DNA of 64,000 nucleotides from assembly GCA_000004695.1 (NCBI GenBank), contig CM000154.2, forward strand, positions 480,001-544,000. Direction: 5' to 3'. A program made the position numbers and the translations under genes. The notes under the pieces were generated by a model that saw only the letters and a list, made by a program, of their open reading frames with translations, was not told the origin of the DNA and made no database searches. This DNA comes from Dictyostelium discoideum (lineage: Eukaryota). Shown here piece by piece: positions 50,347 to 63,905 of the stretch; position 1 is the first letter of the stretch; the number at the start of each line of letters is the position of its first letter.

Positions 50347-52137
50347 TTAATTTTCATTTGATTTAATTGTTTGATATAAAAAGCCCATTGTTGAGATTGA
50401 GTCACCTAAACCAACAGTTTTTAAAGGAGATTTACAAACTAAAACTGGGGCTAAATGGAATTCATAACCAGAATCTTGCCAAGTTGTAACTGGTGAAGAT
50501 GGATCGATAATGATTGATTTTGTAGCACCTGGAGTATAACGATAATCTACTTCCACTGATAATGGTAATAATAATTCAACAGAATTGAAACGACAAGCTT
50601 GAAAGGTGGCTTCGATTGAAGAGGCGGCTACTGAAGCTGAAGTTAATTTTGGAGACCATTGCGAATAGGATTTAGTGATAATCAAATGAAATGATAAATA
50701 GTGGAAATGAATTCTAGTTAATAAACGTTGTTTTGACATTGTTGGTATACCAAAATCACCCAAAATATTATCATCGACATTTCTATCGGCAGTGGTGGAG
50801 GTGGTGGTGGTGGTGGCATAATGAAATGAAATTTCCATAATATGAAGTAACGCATTTACAACCACATTAACAGAAGGTTCTTTAAAATCGTCCAAACTGA
50901 ATTTCTTACCACCTGTTGAAACATAGATAAAGCCTAATTCCTGTTCGTTCAATCCGACAGAGTCAACGAATGGTATGATCTTTTTAGCCAATAAATTAAT
51001 ATAGGAAGGTGAAGCGATTGACGCCAATTCCAAATGAATTGGTACATTCAACGATGGATGATTTAAAAAGTTTGAAGGATTATTATTGTATGGGATTTGT
51101 TTCAATAGGTTGACCATATCATTTACACGTCTTTCTTGAGCCTCTTCGGTTAATAAATGTAAACCTGATAAGAGTAATAAATCTGGTTGTTTCTTTTCAA
51201 TCTCTTGATGGAATGATTCCATTGTCATTAGATGTGAGTTTGTGTTATCTCTTGATATGATGAATCTATTGGAACGTGGTGGTGAGATTGAACCCCATCT
51301 ACTCTGTTTATTGTATTCCATAATTAGATGAATCTCATCAAACTCTTCGCCATTCTCTGACTGATAACCAATGATTGACACTGATGGCGACAAGAGTTCC
51401 TTCAATTTCTTGCCAATGATACCGCCCAAATAAACCCTACAACCATCTGCCACCAATCTATTTGCCATTATACCTGCATTGCCACCGGTGTAGAATTGCT
51501 TTGATTCAGATTGCAATGCTGCTGCCAAAATCGCAGAAAAGGTATCTTCATTTTCAATCATACGTTCAGCTGCTGAACCACTCTTAAAATAATGTGAAAA
51601 GGTTTGTTCAAAATCATCCAATGATTTAATGACCTCTTTTGACATTGGTCTATTATGAATGGATGATTTCAATTTCAATTTATCCATTAATTCTATTGCA
51701 TCAACCACTAAATCTAAATTTGTATTATATCCAACTGCTATTGTTTTATTCTTACATTCTTCGTTCCATTCTTTATATTTTGCTATATCTTTTAATCCAT
51801 TTTCAATCTTTTTCATTGATTTTATATCATCAATTATATTTATATTTGTATTATTATTATCATTATTGTTATTTAAATTATTACTATTATTTCCGCTATC
51901 ATATAATGGATTGATTCTAAGGTATATATAAAATATAACTAAACATATAAAAAACACAACTAATCCTCCAAATTTTAAATTACTTAATGGTCTCTCAACT
52001 AAAATCTTTGGTCTATTTGCTTTTTGTTCTATCTTTTTTAATTTTTTTTTACTGATCTCTGGTGATTGTGATGATTGTGATGTTGGACTACTATTACCAA
52101 CTAATGGTGGTGAATTTTTTGTTTGTCTTTTACTCAT
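50347..52137 (-). CDS. adpgk: ADP-dependent glucokinase (ADPGK family) with an N-terminal signal-anchor TM helix; single exon
   Basis: The gene has a basic N-terminus followed by a TM helix (LVVFFICLVIFYIYL). Its ADPGK-family motifs are GGNAGIMANRL, RIHFHYLSFHLII and the C-terminal ribokinase-like signature TVGLGDSISTMGF; the overall length is about 596 aa. Confidence 0.75.
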   Translation of the reverse strand: MSKRQTKNSPPLVGNSSPTSQSSQSPEISKKKLKKIEQKANRPKILVERPLSNLKFGGLVVFFICLVIFYIYLRINPLYDSGNNSNNLNNNNDNNNTNINIIDDIKSMKKIENGLKDIAKYKEWNEECKNKTIAVGYNTNLDLVVDAIELMDKLKLKSSIHNRPMSKEVIKSLDDFEQTFSHYFKSGSAAERMIENEDTFSAILAAALQSESKQFYTGGNAGIMANRLVADGCRVYLGGIIGKKLKELLSPSVSIIGYQSENGEEFDEIHLIMEYNKQSRWGSISPPRSNRFIISRDNTNSHLMTMESFHQEIEKKQPDLLLLSGLHLLTEEAQERRVNDMVNLLKQIPYNNNPSNFLNHPSLNVPIHLELASIASPSYINLLAKKIIPFVDSVGLNEQELGFIYVSTGGKKFSLDDFKEPSVNVVVNALLHIMEISFHYATTTTTSTTADRNVDDNILGDFGIPTMSKQRLLTRIHFHYLSFHLIITKSYSQWSPKLTSASVAASSIEATFQACRFNSVELLLPLSVEVDYRYTPGATKSIIIDPSSPVTTWQDSGYEFHLAPVLVCKSPLKTVGLGDSISTMGFLYQTIKSNEN

Positions 52138-52306
52138 ATTTTAATTTATTTGTGTAAAAGAGATTTTAAAATAAAAATAAAAAAAAAATTTTCAAAATTA
52201 AAAATAAAAAAAATATTTTCATTTTTTTTTTTTTTTTTTTTTTTTTGTTTTTTATTTGTAATTTTTCTATTTTTTTATTATTTTTTTTTTTTTTTATTAT
52301 TAAAAA

Positions 52307-52425
52307 AATGATTTAAATTATTTTTTTAATATGAATTTAGTATATAAAAATAGAACACTTAAAAATACACAAAATGATATAAAATATAAAAAAAATGAAT
52401 GTAACCATTTTCTGTTTTTTGAATT
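52307..52425 (+). mobile_element. Copy b of repeat family 1, located in the divergent promoter between adpgk and sem1
   Basis: ..AATGATTTAAATTATTTTTTTAATATGAATTTAGTATATAAAAATAGAACACTTAAAAATACACAAAATGATATAAAATATAAAAAAAATGAATGTAACCATTTTCTG. The upstream AAAATATTTTCATTTTTT also matches copy d. Confidence 0.55.
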
Positions 52426-52541
52426 TTTTTTTTTTTTTTTTTTTTTTTTGGAAAATTAATTTTTTTTGAATTTTTTTTTTTTTTTTAATTTTTTTTTTTT
52501 TTTTTATGATCATCAACCACTTCAACATTTTTAATTTAAAA

Positions 52542-52572
<31 letters not shown>

Positions 52573-52723
52573 TCAAATTAATTGTAAATAATAAAAAGTA
52601 AAAATAAATAAACAAACAAATAAAATTTTATAAATTTCACAATTCTAGTTAATAAACATTCACCACAACATAATATAAAATAAAATAAAATAAAAAAGAT
52701 AAAAAATAAAAAATAATAAAAAA

Positions 52724-53201
52724 ATGACAAAAACAGAAACTAAAGTAGAACCAAAAGCAGAGGTCAAACCAAAAGAAGATAATGTAGAAGTTATTGAAGA
52801 TGATGAATTTGAAGAGTTTGAAGATAGTAAATATATATTAATACATTATTTATTTGTTTATTTATATTTTTATTAAATTAACAAACTAACAATATTTTAT
52901 TATTATTATCATTATTATCATCATTATTATCATTGTCATTATTCTTTTATTCATAGATATGGCCGAAGGCGAAGATAACTCAAAAGAACAATGGGAAGAT
53001 GATTGGGATACTGATAAAATTGATGACGATTTTTCAAAACAATTAAGGTACATATTATATTAAAACTTGATACTCTCAATACCATAATCATTATTCTAAT
53101 ACCTTTTTTTTTTTTAAAAAAAAAAATTTTAATATACACCCATACATATATTACAGAGCTGAAATTGAATCCCACTCAACCATGAAATCATAAATAGAAA
53201 T
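52724..53201 (+). CDS. sem1: 26S proteasome complex subunit DSS1/SEM1; 3 exons at 52724..52826, 52957..53047 and 53165..53201, about 76 aa
   Basis: The product [34 protein letters not shown]|[31 protein letters not shown]|[11 protein letters not shown] has the DSS1 acidic and Trp motifs (..[14 protein letters not shown]...DDFS.QLR.EL). The donors are A|GTAAAT and AG|GTACAT, the acceptors are TTCATAG and TTACAG, and the phases are consistent. The ORF track misses it; the antisense ORF 52951..53175 is spurious. Confidence 0.8.
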
Positions 53202-53366
53202 AATAATAAAAAAAAATATAGGAATAAAAAAAAAATAAAAAAAATAAAAAAAAAAAGAAAAAACTAAAAAATATAAATTGTAAAAAAAAAAAAATACATA
53301 TATATACATATACATTTATTTTAAATTATTATTATAATTTTTTTTTTTTTAATTATTTATTTATAA

Positions 53367-55169
53367 TTAATTATCATTACTCCAAATTTTCCAAGTTTTA
53401 TCAAATGAAGTTGATAAAATTTTTGAATTTGTTAAATCAATAGAAGTAACTTTTGATGAATGACCTTCAAATGTTGCTAATGGACTCCATGTATTTGGTG
53501 ACCAAGTTTTAATTTTACCATCAAATGAACATGTTGCTAAATAATTTACACAACCAGGACTACTGTTGTTGTTGTTATTATTAGTTTGAGTAGATTGCTT
53601 TTGAAATTTAACACATGATACGATTGAATTATGAGCTAAAATTTGACAAGATTGTTCTTTCTTACGAATATCCCAAATGACTACAGTGTTGTCTTCAGAG
53701 GAAGAAGCCAATTGATAACCATTTGGTGACCAATCGACAGAGATCACTTGTTTAGAGTGACCTTGGAAATAGAGGATTGGACGACCACTTCTTAAATCCC
53801 AAATTCTAACCAATCCATCTTGAGAGCCTGTTGCAAGTAATGAACCATCCGATTGAATTGAAATACCCATCACTCCATCACTATGTCCCTCTTGATCCAA
53901 TAAACATTTACCACCACTCTCCAAATCCCACAATCTCCAACTTTTATCATTACTACTTGTAGTTATATATCTACCACATGGATGAAATGAACATCTATTT
54001 ACAACATCACTATGACCTTCTAATGATAATATTGGTTGTGTCTCAATACTAACAGTCGCATCATTATCTTCTTCTTCATTATCATTGTTATTATTATTAT
54101 TATTATTATTATCATTATTTAATAAAGGCCATAACTTACAAGTTGAATCAGCAGAAGTTGTGGCAATATTAACTAAATTCTTTGTATGATTACCATCTAT
54201 ACCTGACAATGGATGATACGCAATACAACTTACTCTTTGTGAATGACCTGCTAGAATTTGTTTCTTTTGACCTGAAACACTCCAAACCTTTGAAACACCA
54301 CTCCATGATCCAATTGCAACATTTTTACCATCAGGTGAAAATACACCCATACTCAATGGTCTGTCATCACCAATTTGACTAACTGATGAATAATAATTCT
54401 TTAATTCCTTAACTGTATATTCCATATCTTTTTCAAACTCTGTTTTAATTTTTACCATCATATTTAAATCATCACCATCGTCACCATCGTCATCATCATC
54501 ATCATCCTCCTCCTCATCTATATTCATATTATCATTTTCAAGTTGTTGATGTAATCGTAATTTTTTTTGAATTCTTTTTTGTTGTTTTTCTTCAAATTGA
54601 TTTTTTAAATTATCATTTTCTTTTTGTATTGATAATTCAATTTCTCTTTGTTTTTTTAAATGTAATAATCTTTGTTGTGATTTCTTTAATGAATAAATTG
54701 ATATATTAATCCTAGCGGTTTTTAATTCCTCTGTGCCCTCTGTAAGGAAATTCTCTTCATCACTACCTTCTAACTGTTCTTGCTCTTCTTGTTCTTTTTT
54801 ATTTGAAATTAATAATGGTGTGCCATCTATAATATTTCTTTCAATTAATATCTCTCTTAATCTCGATCTTCTATGTTCTGGCTTTTCACCAAATAATATA
54901 ATTGGTTCTAATAATTCTCGAAGTTTTAATTTTACTAAATTATCAATTGTTGGTACTATAACTTGTTTTGCTCTTTTCTTTCTTTCATATTCATCCAAAA
55001 CTTTTTGATGTTGTTCTTGTGATCTTTTTGTGTGTTTTGAAAATGGTAAAAATTCTGCTTGGTTCTCTTCATCACCACCACCACTACTACCAATACTGTT
55101 AATACTATCTTTTTTTTGTTTCAAATTTTCTTTTTTAATTGCTCCAAAATAAATTCTTTTATTATCCAT
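53367..55169 (-). CDS. prpf4: U4/U6 small nuclear ribonucleoprotein Prp4 (PRP4 SFM domain plus 7 WD40 repeats); single exon
   Basis: [59 protein letters not shown] and [35 protein letters not shown] are colinear with human PRPF4 ([31 protein letters not shown].. / [28 protein letters not shown] / [35 protein letters not shown]), and WD repeats run to the C-terminus. Confidence 0.85.
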   Translation of the reverse strand: [600 protein letters not shown]

Positions 55170-55623
55170 ATTTATATTATTATTTTTTTAATTTTATTTT
55201 TAAAGAAAATTTTTAGAACATACAAACTAAAAAAAAAAAAAAAAAATGAAAAAAGAAAAAAAAAAAAAAAAAAGATAAAAAATGATTTTTCATTGAACAA
55301 TTTGACAGAATGGGAAATTTTAAAAAAAAAAATTAATAAAAAAAATTGACTAGTAAAAAAATAATTAAATAACTAAATAAATAAATAATTAAATAAATAA
55401 TTAAATAAATAATTAAAATAATAAATTTAAAAAAAAAAAAATTTTGAAAAAATTTTGAAAAATGTTTAATTTTTAATAAAGAAATAAATGTTTATATTTA
55501 TAAAAATATTTATTTATTTTATTTAATTTTTTTTTATTCATTGATTTTTTTTTTTTTTTTTTTTATTTTTATTTTATTTTATTTAATTTTTTTTTATTCT
55601 TTGATTTTTTTTTTTTTTACCTT

Positions 55624-55654
<31 letters not shown>

Positions 55655-55807
55655 AGTTTTTTAAATTTTTTTTTCAGCGATCATACACAGTGTATATAAT
55701 AATATATTATATTATACATAGGGAATAATCCCGAAAAATAAAGAAAATTAAAAAAAAATAAAAAATAAAAAATAAAATAAAATAAAAAGTAAAAAAAAAA
55801 ATAAACG

Positions 55808-55839
<32 letters not shown>

Positions 55840-56097
55840 ACGAAAAATTGTTTTTTTTATTTCTTTTTTTAAAAACTATAATTATCATCATTTGTACATA
55901 CTAAATTCCTTTTAAAATTTTTTTTTTTTTTTTTTTTTATTATTATTATCATTAGCTCAACAAAAATAAAAAAAAAAAATAAAAAATAAAAAATAAAAAA
56001 ATTAAAAAATAAAAAAAATAAAAAACAAAAAATAAAAAATAAAAAAATAAAAAAGTAAAAAATAAAAAAAATAAAAAAAAAAGGATAAAAATAAAAA

Positions 56098-57885
<1,788 letters not shown>

Positions 57886-58404
57886 TTATTTGTTGGCTGG
57901 TTGTTAAAAAGATAATAAAATAAAAAGAAACAAAAAAAAAAAAAAAAAAAAAAAGAAAAAAAAAGAAAAAAAAAAGAAAAAAAAAAAATAAAAAAAAAAG
58001 AAAAGAAAAAAAAAAAAACTGGAAAATATTAATAAATAAATTTGTATATAATATAATATATATAATTAGCCAAATTGTAATTAGGTTTTTTAAAATTGAT
58101 TCTTTTTCTTTTTAATCACTAATATTTTCACTGAAAAAAAAAAAAAAAAAAAAAATCCCAAAATAATTGAGTATTGAAATAAATTAAATTATTCAAATTT
58201 GGGTAAAAAAAAAAAAAAAAAAAATTACCGATAAATGGAAAAAAAAAATGAAAAAAAAAAAATATTGGGCATAAAAAGTTTTTTTTTTTTTTTTTTTTTT
58301 AATTTTGTTTTCAACTATTTATTTAAAAATCACAGATTGTCATTTTAATAATAGTAGTAGTAATAATAATAATAGTAATAATATTATTTTAACAATAAAC
58401 AAAT

Positions 58405-58759
58405 ATGTCAAATAAAAGACATTTATTTAAGAATGCATTCACAGTATCGAGTCAATCAGTAATGAGAGGTAGTGATGTTAAAAAATTAAAACAAAGAGTA
58501 ATGGATAAATATAAAGGTGTTACAAGTGAACAAATAGATTTATTAATAAACAAGAAAAAAGATGTTGGTATGGTAAAATTACCAAATAAAATTCAATTAA
58601 TATCACATCAAAATGATCCAATATTTTTCGAAATTAATGATACAATTTATCCAACTGGTATGTTGTTTTTTTTTTTTTTTTTTTTTTTTTTTCTCCTTTT
58701 AGAACCTTTTTTTTTAATTGGTTTACATTAGTTCTTAACATCATACTAATTTATCTTGC

Positions 58760-58848
<89 letters not shown>

Positions 58849-59255
58849 CCAAATTACATTAGTTTATACATTTTTTAAAATACCAACATTTTTACCAGTA
58901 ATTTATATATATCCACAAGTATATCAATATATTGAAGGTGGAGCAGATTTAATGTTTCAAGGTATAATAAATAAAGAAGATGTTCCAAAGACTCAAGGAT
59001 CATTGGTTTCAATTTGTTTGAGAGGTAGTAATTTTCCAATTGCATATGGTGAAACAATACAAGATTTAACTATCATCAATACAACCAATGTACCAACAAC
59101 ACCAGACACTCCAATTGAATATAAAGGTAAAGCAATATCAATCATTCATTATTTAAATGATAAATTATGGGAATATGGAACGAAAAAATTACCTGAAAAT
59201 TTTAAATCAAAAGAACTCGAACAACAAACTGATGATGATGATGATGATGCTGCTG

Positions 59256-59342
<87 letters not shown>

Positions 59343-59450
59343 ATGATGATGATGATGATGGTAGTGATAGTACTGATGATGGTAGTGATGATAATGAAAA
59401 TGGAGAAAATAATAAAAAGGAGAATATAGAAGTTAAGGATAGAACAAATA

Positions 59451-59481
<31 letters not shown>

Positions 59482-60646
59482 CACTACACAATCATCAAAC
59501 ATTGAAAATGATATAGATAATTTAAAGATTAAAGATAATGATAATGAAAAAGAAAATACTACTAAAACTACATCAACAACTATAGTTACAAAAGAAGAAA
59601 TGGATGAAATATTATTAATTAGTTTTTTAGGAGCAATAAAAAAGGGTATTGCAGATTCAGAATTACCAATGGTATTAAAAACAGTATTTACAAAGTATAT
59701 GCTTTATTATCAACCAAAGGATAGAGCAGAGATTAATATAAAGAAAAGTTCATATAAAAAGGTATCAATTTTCTTAAAGGAGATGCAAAAACAAGGTTTT
59801 ATTGAATTAAAAGAACCATCACCTGGTAATATAGTCTTATCAAAAATTAATAGAAACAATATAACCTATGGTAGATTTAAATTGGGTGAAATTGTTGGAC
59901 CAACAATCAATCAAAATAATGGTGATAGCGATGATGAAAATGGTGGTGATTTGGATTCATCAGATGATATCGATGATACATTTGGTACAACACAAAGAGA
60001 ATTTGTTCAAATTAAATCGATTAATGAAGTTTACTCAATTCCAAAACAATTAAAAGATTATTTAAATCAAAAGGAAATCGCCAATGCCAACGATAATGAT
60101 AGCATTGTTAAAAAGAAATATTATTCATCATCTGAAATTCAAAAATTGGTTAGTTCTTATATTATAGAGAATAAATTAGAAGATCCACAAAAAAGATCAA
60201 AGATTAAATTGGATTCATTCCTTAATAAATTAGTACCAAATTCTTTGATTCAAAAGAGTATTGATGTAAATGGTTTAATTGAAAAGAATAGTTTCTTTAT
60301 GACATTTAAAGATCATTCATTAAAGAGATATTTAGAGATTAATAGAGTAGATGATTCAAAAGAGTTTAAAGAATATGATCAAATCATTGTTCAAGTTAAA
60401 AAAATAGCAAATAGATTCGTTATTTTAGTTTCAAATTTAGAACTATTCTCAATACCTGTTAAAGAATTGGCAAATGAAGGTCAAAAATTATTTGCTGCAA
60501 GTACTTCAATCGATAAATTAAATTCTCATAAATCAACTTTAAAAATTCAAGGTAATGATTTAAATAGAGTTTCACAACATATTCAAAAGAAATATGGTAT
60601 ACCAAAGAAATATATCTCTGAAATTGATTTTAATAAAAAGAAATAA
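58405..60646 (+). CDS. eif2d: Eukaryotic translation initiation factor 2D (ligatin)-like protein: N-terminal MCT-1/PUA-type domain, SWIB/MDM2 domain, C-terminal SUI1 domain; 2 exons at 58405..58657 and 58899..60646
   Basis: Exon 1 (MSNKRHLFKNAFTVSSQSVMRGSDVKKLKQRVMDKYKG...NDTIYPT, phase 1) has donor G|GTATGT. The intron 58658..58898 contains (ATT)28, and the TTTTTACCAG acceptor at 58897/98 restores (V)IYIYPQVYQYIEGGADLMFQGIINKEDVPKTQGSLVSICLRGSNFPIAYGE... (PUA). SWIB-like SSEIQKLVSSYIIENKLEDPQKRSKIKLDSFL and SUI1-like TLKIQGNDLNRVSQHIQKKYGIPKKYI follow. An internal poly-Asn/poly-Thr/acidic insert is present. Confidence 0.7.
58762..58846. repeat. (ATT)28 microsatellite inside the eIF2D-like gene intron
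   Basis: The tract is visible directly in the sequence. Confidence 0.95.
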
Positions 60647-60811
60647 AAATAAAAATAAAATTTATAAAAACAAACATCGGTGTATATATATATGTATTCT
60701 TTTTTTTTTTTTTTTTTTTTAAAGTTATCCTTTATATTTATTTTTACTATTTTAAAATTGAGATTACAATGAATAGAAAAATTGATTGGGTTATTTGGTA
60801 TTTGATTATTT

Positions 60812-61420
60812 TTAATTTGTTGGTTGTGGAACAATATAACATTGACCATTTGAACTACAAGCATAACCAGAGGCACAATTGAGAGTGTATTGACATTTAC
60901 CATTGGAACAAACATCGGTGGTACATGCTCTATTATCATTACAATTTGCATTGGTTGAACAGCTAGTTACACCATTAATTGCTGGATTTACAGTATAGGA
61001 GCAACCAAAGGTTTGTAAACAATTAACAATTGTTGAATTATTATTATCATTACAATTAACTGCTGTATGAATACAACCTGATGTACTATTACATGAATCA
61101 ATTGTACATTTATTTAAATCATCACAACCATTCCAATGACGACCATATTCACATGCAAATGTTTCAAAATTACAACTTACACTTGCACATGCACTATGGG
61201 ATGGACTTTGTTTACAATTTGAAACACATTGTTTATATTCATTTGTTGATTCACAATCTACCCATTGATCAAGTACATTAAAACAACTACCATAGAAATT
61301 GTATGCAACAGTGCATGGATTATTATCATCTGGACATGTTTGACCATTAACAAAAATTTCAACATTAAAAATTGAGTTGGAAATTATTGGAATTAAAATA
61401 ATTAAAATAATTGATTTCAT
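60812..61420 (-). CDS. Secreted cysteine-rich protein (signal peptide plus about 30 Cys, Asn-rich); single exon
   Basis: MKSIILIILIPIISNSIF is a signal peptide, followed by repeated C-x-C / CxxxxC spacing (..CPDDNNPCTVAYNFYGSCFNVLDQWVDCES...CNSTSGCIHTAVNCNDN..CTTDVCSNGKCQYTLNC...). No TM helix and no known catalytic motif were found. Confidence 0.55.
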   Translation of the reverse strand: MKSIILIILIPIISNSIFNVEIFVNGQTCPDDNNPCTVAYNFYGSCFNVLDQWVDCESTNEYKQCVSNCKQSPSHSACASVSCNFETFACEYGRHWNGCDDLNKCTIDSCNSTSGCIHTAVNCNDNNNSTIVNCLQTFGCSYTVNPAINGVTSCSTNANCNDNRACTTDVCSNGKCQYTLNCASGYACSSNGQCYIVPQPTN

Positions 61421-61939
61421 TCTTTTATTAAAAAATATTTTTTTTTTTTTTTTTTTTTTTTTTTATTTTATTTAAATATTATATATTTAACTTTTATTAT
61501 AATTGTTTTAATTTAAATTTTTTTTTCTTTAAATACTTTATTTTAAAAATTAAAATTTATTATTTTTTTTTAAAATAAATAATGTAAAACTAAAACTCAT
61601 TTTATAATTCTAAAAATAAAAAAAAACTATTTTTAGAATTAAATAAAATATTTCAAATCAAACCCACTCCCTATTATTTTTTCAAATATAAGAATTCTAA
61701 ACATTTTCTCTCTATTAACCTTTAAAAACACCAATCAATAAAAAATTAATTTCCATTCCATCACTTTAAATATTGAAATCCATCACTTTTTTAAATAACT
61801 GTATTGATTCCTATTAATTTAATGACAACATCAGTGTGTTAAAAAAAAAAAAAAAAAAAATTGTGTTAATTGAATTATTAATAATTATATATTTTTATTA
61901 TTATTTTTTGAGCTTAAAATCTATTCAATTTAAACAGAT

Positions 61940-62612
61940 TTATAGTAACTCTGGTTTAATTAAACCATTTGATAATAAGTGTTCAATCATTGTTTTGATT
62001 GTTTCCTCTAATGAGACGAAAGATTTAAAACCTAATTCATCAATTAATCTATTTGATCTTAATGAATATGAATGTGGTTCCTCTGGAAGATTAACAATGT
62101 TTGTATTGTATTTGAATTGTGGGAATTGTTTCATTGCAACTTCAATAAAGTTCTTAAATGTAACTACTGATTGATTGATTGTAATTCTTTTGTTATCAGC
62201 ATTTTCACTTTCCAAAGCAAGAATATGAGCAGTTGAAACATCTTGGACATTAACAATACCTATTGAGATTGGTGGTGGTGGCACTGCTTCAAATAATTGT
62301 TTAATAATAACCCCAACACTTGAATTAATCAAAGTTGATAAAGCAGCTCCTAAAATGAAAGTTGGATTCATTACAACCAATTTAAAGTGGTTAGCGGATT
62401 CATCTTTTTCATTTTCCTTAACGAATTCCCAGGCTGCTTTTTCAGCTTCAACTTTTGAATAAGCATATGGATTAGAAATTGGTGGACTTGCCCAATCATC
62501 ATCATTGTATTCAGTTTTTTCTGTATTTGTAAAATCAACTACAGCCAAACCTGAAGAAGTTACAATAACTTTTTTAATTGATTTAATTTTTGAAGCAGCC
62601 TATTTAAAATAA

Positions 62613-62672
<60 letters not shown>

Positions 62673-63075
62673 TAATTATTAGTTATAATTTGATATTAGT
62701 TATAGTTTTAAATTAATTTTAAATATTTACTTTTAAGACAGCAACAGTACCATTAATTGCTGGGTCAATAATTTCTTTTTGGACATCTTCGGCAGTATAA
62801 ATAAATGGAGAGGCCGTGTGAATTACATAATCAACACCATTTAAAACGGTTTCATAATCAACATTTTCTAATTCACCACCAGAGAAGGATAATCTTTGAT
62901 CTTTATCAAATGATTTTAAGGTTTTTAATTTTTCTTGATTATTTGGATCACGAACCAAGGCCAATACTTTGTAGTTCTTTTCAAGTAAATCACGAACAAT
63001 ATATGTTCCTATGAAACCAGTGGCTCCGGTGACGGCAACAGTTTTTGAACTATTTGTAACTTCAGTGTTTGTCAT
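61940..63075 (-). CDS. NAD(P)-dependent extended short-chain dehydrogenase/ketoreductase (CCR/DFR/GRE2-like, 3beta-HSD family); 2 exons at 63075..62731 and 62599..61940, about 334 aa
   Basis: Exon 1 (MTNTEVTNSSKTVAVTGATGFIGTYIVRDLL..., a Rossmann GxxGxxG, ...GTVAVLK, phase 0) has donor GTAAAT. The intron contains (AAT)n, and the TTTTAAATAG acceptor at 62600/01 continues AASKIKSIKKVIVTSSGLAVVDFT...NPYAYSKVEAEKAAW (the catalytic YxxxK).... Track ORF 61940..62548 starts at a TTG. Confidence 0.8.
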
Positions 63076-63721
63076 TTTTAGCTTTTTTGACTTTCTAAAA
63101 TAAAAAAAAATAAAACTTTTCTTTTTTTATTTTCAAAGTTTTTTTTTTTTTTTCAAATAAAATTTTTAATAATTTCACCAAAATAATGGAAATCTTTGAT
63201 AGCGTGATCACTGAAAAAATGATTGGATGATATTTTAAATCAAACTAAAATAAGTTTTTTTTTTTTTTTTTTTTTGTATTTCAGGTTTTCAAACTATCTT
63301 CAAAAAAAAAAAAAATGGATAATATATTTACTAAATAATTTAACCATACTTTTTTTTTTTAGTATTTTGTCTATTATCTACCCTTTTTCAAATATATAAT
63401 ATGAGATAATTATTAATTTTAAATTATTTTTTTTAAAATGATATTTTTTTTTTTTTTACTGGGGTCCATTATTTATTTTAATTAAAATCAGTTTAATAAA
63501 AAAAAAAAAAAAAAAATTGTTCAACAAGATTTGGGAAATAAAAAAAATATCATTATAATAACCACAAATTAAAAAAAAAAAAAAAAACTAAATAAAATTC
63601 CACTGGTTATCATAAAAAAAAAAAAAAATAGATGTTATCTAGATATAGATAATTTCGAACACTATTCTATTTTATAGTTTGTGTTAAAACTTTTATTTAT
63701 TAATATTATTATTTATATTGT

Positions 63722-63820
63722 TGCATTTATATCAGTAATAGATGGTGGTTTTGTTGATGTCTTAGAATCAGTTTGAATCGGCTTAGTTTGTTGTTGTGTT
63801 TGTTGTTGCTGTTGTTGCGT

Positions 63821-63905
<85 letters not shown>

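Noticed and set aside
52951-53175. Minus-strand 74-aa ORF overlapping sem1
   Set aside because: It is antisense to the well-supported 3-exon DSS1/sem1 model and is translated largely from intron poly-A/T.
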